Shown here piece by piece: positions 60,484 through 64,000 of a stretch of DNA of 64,000 nucleotides. This DNA comes from an uncultured Chloroflexia bacterium (GTDB lineage Bacteria > Chloroflexota > Dehalococcoidia > UBA2979): the NCBI GenBank assembly GCA_963728205.1, contig CAVSIV010000002.1, positions 384,001-448,000 on the forward strand, written 5' to 3'. Under the pieces are notes generated by a model. The model was not told the DNA's origin. It searched no databases and saw only the letters and a program-made list of their open reading frames with translations. The position numbers were made by a program, and so were the translations under genes. Each line of letters opens with the position of its first letter. The first letter of the stretch is position 1.

Positions 60484-61014
60484 TCAGCGCGCCCCTGCGG
60501 GCTCGCGGCCGCCGGCGAGCACGCCGAGCAGCCCACGCGTGAAGTCCGGCAGGTCGCCCGGCGCGCGCGACGTCACGAGGTTGCCGTCGACGACGACCGG
60601 CTCGTCCACCCACTCGGCGCCCGCGTGCCGCAGGTCGTCGCGGATCGACGGGAACGACGTGACGCGGCGGCCGGCCACCACCTCGGCCGACGCGAGCATC
60701 CACGCCGCGTGGCAGACCGCGGCGACCGGCTTGCCGGCGGCGTGCATGGCGCGCACGAGGGCGACCATGCGCTCGTCGCGGCGCATGTGGTCCGGCGCGT
60801 AGCCGCCGGGGATCACGAGCGCCTCGAGCCCGGCGGCGTCGACGTCGGCGGAGGCGACGTCGGAGGTGACAGGATAGCCGTGCTTGCCGGTGTAGGCGTG
60901 GCCGGCCTCGCGGCCGATCAGGCGGACGTCGAATCCCGCCTCCTGCAGGCGGTAGTACGGGTAGATGAGCTCGGGGTCTTCGAACATGTCGGCGACGAGC
61001 ATGCCGATGGTCAT
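60484..61014 (-). CDS. PfpI/DJ-1 family protein
   Basis: FEDPE, LVIPGGYAPD, AAVCHA, VVVDGNLVTSR-P-DL. Confidence 0.94.
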   Translation of the reverse strand: MTIGMLVADMFEDPELIYPYYRLQEAGFDVRLIGREAGHAYTGKHGYPVTSDVASADVDAAGLEALVIPGGYAPDHMRRDERMVALVRAMHAAGKPVAAVCHAAWMLASAEVVAGRRVTSFPSIRDDLRHAGAEWVDEPVVVDGNLVTSRAPGDLPDFTRGLLGVLAGGREPAGAR

Positions 61015-61090
61015 CGGGGCCTCCTCGCGGGTGCGTCGAGTGGGGCGGTCACGGATCGATCGTACCGAGCGGCGCGAGCGGTCTCCGGCG

Positions 61091-61477
61091 TCAGCGGAAA
61101 GCACGCGCGAGCAACGGGCGTGCGTGGCTGACGACGGCGTAGCCGGCCTCCCGCAGGCGCCAGGCGAGGGGGAGGTCCAGCAGCCCCGCGAGCGCGCCGC
61201 CCGGCAGCATGCGCAGGGTGCGCGTGACGCTCTCGCCGCCGTGGTACTCGCGGCCGCCCGGGAGCACGAGGTGCGCCATCGCTGCCACCTCGTGCTCGCT
61301 GAGCGCAGTCAGCCAGCCGCGGCCGTAGACGTCCTGGAACGGCACGACCGCGAGCGGCAGCCGCGCGTGGCGCTGCGCGAAGCGCGCGACCCACGTGCAG
61401 AACGGGCACGACCCGTCGTAGACGAGGACCGGCTGCGCGGGCGGGACGGCGGCGCGGGTCGGCGGGTGGTAGGCCAT
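61091..61477 (-). CDS. DCC1-like thiol-disulfide oxidoreductase
   Basis: LVYDGSCPFC DxxCxxC motif; Y-V--R C-terminus. Confidence 0.85.
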   Translation of the reverse strand: MAYHPPTRAAVPPAQPVLVYDGSCPFCTWVARFAQRHARLPLAVVPFQDVYGRGWLTALSEHEVAAMAHLVLPGGREYHGGESVTRTLRMLPGGALAGLLDLPLAWRLREAGYAVVSHARPLLARAFR

Positions 61478-61619
61478 CGCGATCGAGGGTACGGCCGCGG
61501 TGCGAGAATACCGCAGCATCTCAAGATAGTCACGATCCATGCGATTATCACGATCGCGCACGATGGTGTCGCCGGCGCTGGCGCCGCGAGGGGCCCGCGC
61601 CGGTCGGCGAGAGCAAGGC

Positions 61620-63002
61620 TCAGTCGAGGCTGCGCATGCGGGGCGAGAAGGCGAGCACCGAGAGCGCGATCACGACCATCAGCACGGCGGTGCCACCGAG
61701 CGCGGCCTGCGCCCCGAAGATCGACGAGAGCACGCCGACGATGAACGTGCCCAGCGACGTCAGCCCGAACTGCAGCATGTAGACGCTCATCACGCGGCCC
61801 CGGTGATCGTCGTCGGTGTAGGACTGCACCAGCACCTGGCTGTACGACTGGCGCCCGGCCTGGCCGATGCCCATCAGCGCCATCACCGGGGCGGTCAGCC
61901 AGAACCACGTCGACCAGGAGAAGACGATCAACATGACACCCTGGAACAGGGACGTGAGCAGGTAGAGCAGCCCCCGGCGCTTCGGCGGCAGGCCGGCGAT
62001 CACCAGCGCGCCCAGCAGCGAGCCGCCACCCGTCAGGCTCAGCAGCACCCCGAGCTTCGCCGGTCCCTCGTGAAGCACGCTCGAGACGAAGCCCGGGAGC
62101 AGGAACAGGTACGGCATCGACATCAGGATCAGCAGCACGTTGACGCCGAGGAGCAGTCGGACCGTCGGCTCGCTCCGGATGTAGCGCAGCCCGTCGAGCA
62201 GCCCCGCCGCGCTCTTCTCCTGGCCCGCGTGGCGCGGTCGCTCGTCGTCCGCGTCGCGGTCCGCGTAGAACGCCGGGTCCGGGTCGCCGGGCACCTTGAT
62301 CAGCGCGACCGTCGCCCACAGGTATGCGGCCGTCATCAGGAAATAGACGAGCGACGGGCTGAAGATCGCAAGCAGGTACCCGCCGAGGGCGGGCGCCAGC
62401 ATGCGCATCGAGTTCATGCCGGCGGAGCTGAGCGCCACCGCGTTCATCAGCCGCTTCATGCCGACGATCTCGGGGATCATCGCCTGCCGCGCCGGCATCA
62501 TCAGCGCCATGATGATGCCCTGCAGCACCGCCGCGACGAGCAGCGCCGGGTAGCTCAGCATCCCCATCACGATGAACACGGCGATCCAGAGCGCGTTGAC
62601 CGCGCTCAGGAACTGCCCCGCCATCACCACGTACTTCTTCTTGCGCACGCGATCGGCGAGCACGCCGCCGTGCAGCGAGAGCACGATCATCGGCGCCGCG
62701 CCGGCGAACGAGACGACGCCGAGGTCCGCGTACGACCCCGTGAGCTGGTAGACGAGATAGCCGCGCACGAGCATCTGCATGTTCAGCGAGGCCATCTGGC
62801 CCATCATCGCCGCGAAGAACCAGCGGAAGCCGCGGTGCCCGAGCGAGTCGAACATCGACGACGCGAATGCGCGGCCGCGCGACGGGGGCGGTGCGGAGGG
62901 TGGGGTTGCGCCGGAGGGCGCCGTCGCGACGGTGGCGTGGTCGGGGTGATCGTGCTCGTGTCCGCGGGCGGCGGACCGTCGGCTCGTGGACTCGATGCTC
63001 AC
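61620..63002 (-). CDS. MFS transporter
   Basis: 12 TMs, GGVLADRV-KK, PARQA, NAVAL, RGRVMS. Confidence 0.92.
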   Translation of the reverse strand: MSIESTSRRSAARGHEHDHPDHATVATAPSGATPPSAPPPSRGRAFASSMFDSLGHRGFRWFFAAMMGQMASLNMQMLVRGYLVYQLTGSYADLGVVSFAGAAPMIVLSLHGGVLADRVRKKKYVVMAGQFLSAVNALWIAVFIVMGMLSYPALLVAAVLQGIIMALMMPARQAMIPEIVGMKRLMNAVALSSAGMNSMRMLAPALGGYLLAIFSPSLVYFLMTAAYLWATVALIKVPGDPDPAFYADRDADDERPRHAGQEKSAAGLLDGLRYIRSEPTVRLLLGVNVLLILMSMPYLFLLPGFVSSVLHEGPAKLGVLLSLTGGGSLLGALVIAGLPPKRRGLLYLLTSLFQGVMLIVFSWSTWFWLTAPVMALMGIGQAGRQSYSQVLVQSYTDDDHRGRVMSVYMLQFGLTSLGTFIVGVLSSIFGAQAALGGTAVLMVVIALSVLAFSPRMRSLD

Positions 63003-63212
63003 TACGGCTCCGCTCGCGGCAATGGCTCCGCCCGCGCGGTGGAGCGGACCCGCAACGGCTGACGTTCACGGGAAAGTTAGCTGTCCTTCCACCCTACCAC
63101 TCGACCCCCCGACGATCCCCGGGCGGCCCGCGCCGAACCCTGTGCACTCCTGTGCGCCTTACGGCGAACGGGCCCCATCACGCGCCCGCCCCGCCCATGT
63201 ATCATTCGTTAC

Positions 63213-63764
63213 ATGCAGGAGCAGACGACGCGCGAGGGCTGGCTGCTCGTCTCCTACCACGTCCCGACGCACCCGAGCGCGCTGCGCGTCGCCACCTGGC
63301 GCGCGCTGAAGCAGCACGGGGCGGTGCCGCTGGGCTACGGGCTCTACGCGCTGCCGGCGACCGACGCGAACCGGGAGGCGCTCTCGTCGGTGGTCGCGCG
63401 CATCACCGACGGCGGCGGCGAGGCGATCGCGTTCCGCGCGACGGCGCTCACCGCGGTCGACGCGGGCGCGCTGCGCGCGAAGTTCGAGGCCGCGCGCCTC
63501 GACGAGTACGCGCAGGTCGTGAAGAGCGCGCGCAAGCTCGTCGCGCACATCGGCCGGGAAGAGGACGAGGGCGACTTCCGCTACGCGGAGGTCGAGAGCC
63601 TCGAAGAGGAGCTGAACAAGGTGCGGCGCCAGCTCGCGCTGGTCGCGAACCGGGGCGGCGGCGACCTGCCGGCCCACGCGGAGGCGCGCGCGGCGGTGAC
63701 CGACGCCGAGGAGCGGTTGCAGGCCTATCTCGACCGGGCCTACAGAGAGGACTGTCGATCATGA
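63213..63764 (+). CDS. ChrB N-terminal-domain-like protein
   Basis: WLLVSY-VP-PSALRV-TWR-LK-GA, F-YAE-E-EE-L-K. Confidence 0.8.
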   Translation: MQEQTTREGWLLVSYHVPTHPSALRVATWRALKQHGAVPLGYGLYALPATDANREALSSVVARITDGGGEAIAFRATALTAVDAGALRAKFEAARLDEYAQVVKSARKLVAHIGREEDEGDFRYAEVESLEEELNKVRRQLALVANRGGGDLPAHAEARAAVTDAEERLQAYLDRAYREDCRS

Positions 63765-63801
63765 TGCGCAGGGGTGGGAGCATCCGGAGCGGGGGCGGCT
63801 C

Positions 63802-64000
63802 GTGAGCATGTTGCTGCTGGTACTGGCGTCGTTCCTCGCATCGACCGTCGAGGTCGTCGAGGCGTTTACGATCGTGCTCGCGGTCGGCCTCACGCACGGC
63901 TGGCGCGCCGCGGCCGTCGGCGTGGCGGCCGCCGCCGGGCTGCTGATCATCGTGGTCGCCGCGCTCGGGCCGGCGCTCGTGCTGATCCCGATCAGCGTGC
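63802..64000 (+). CDS. COG4280-like membrane protein (3' truncated)
   Basis: FLAS-VE-VEAFTIVLAVG---GWR-A motif. Confidence 0.75.
   Translation, partial: MSMLLLVLASFLASTVEVVEAFTIVLAVGLTHGWRAAAVGVAAAAGLLIIVVAALGPALVLIPISV

Noticed and set aside
61520-61570. Three CACGAT copies between the DCC and MFS genes
   Set aside because: Short, irregularly spaced, and not distinguishable from chance or promoter sequence

Overview
Very GC-rich bacterial chromosomal segment, by gene style most likely Chloroflexota/Dehalococcoidia-like (inference from the PyrD N-terminus, the CxHHW small protein and the secreted-protein domain). It is mostly core genome: prmC-trmH-prfA-hisS and rel, lutC-lutB(A), comM, four tRNAs (Arg-CCG, Pro-TGG, Gln-TTG, Asn-GTT), two cyclophilins, an HD-GYP/GGDEF pair, and a PyrR-attenuated pyr operon (pyrR-B-C-carA-GNAT-2H-carB-HAD-pyrK, with pyrD detached). 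It also holds mrp, NYN, PAC2, an RHH-DUF4097 pair, several hydrolases and a stress/transport block. I found no integrase, transposase, prophage or CRISPR. Six genes carry mostly +1 frameshifts that look like long-read assembly errors. The best novelty candidate is a cyclic-nucleotide module at 48537-52011: a LysR-substrate-binding domain fused to a class III cyclase with non-canonical base-specificity residues, next to an MBL-fold hydrolase, a stand-alone cNMP-binding protein and an atypical thiol-dioxygenase-like cupin. All calls come from reading motifs by eye; no database searches were run.
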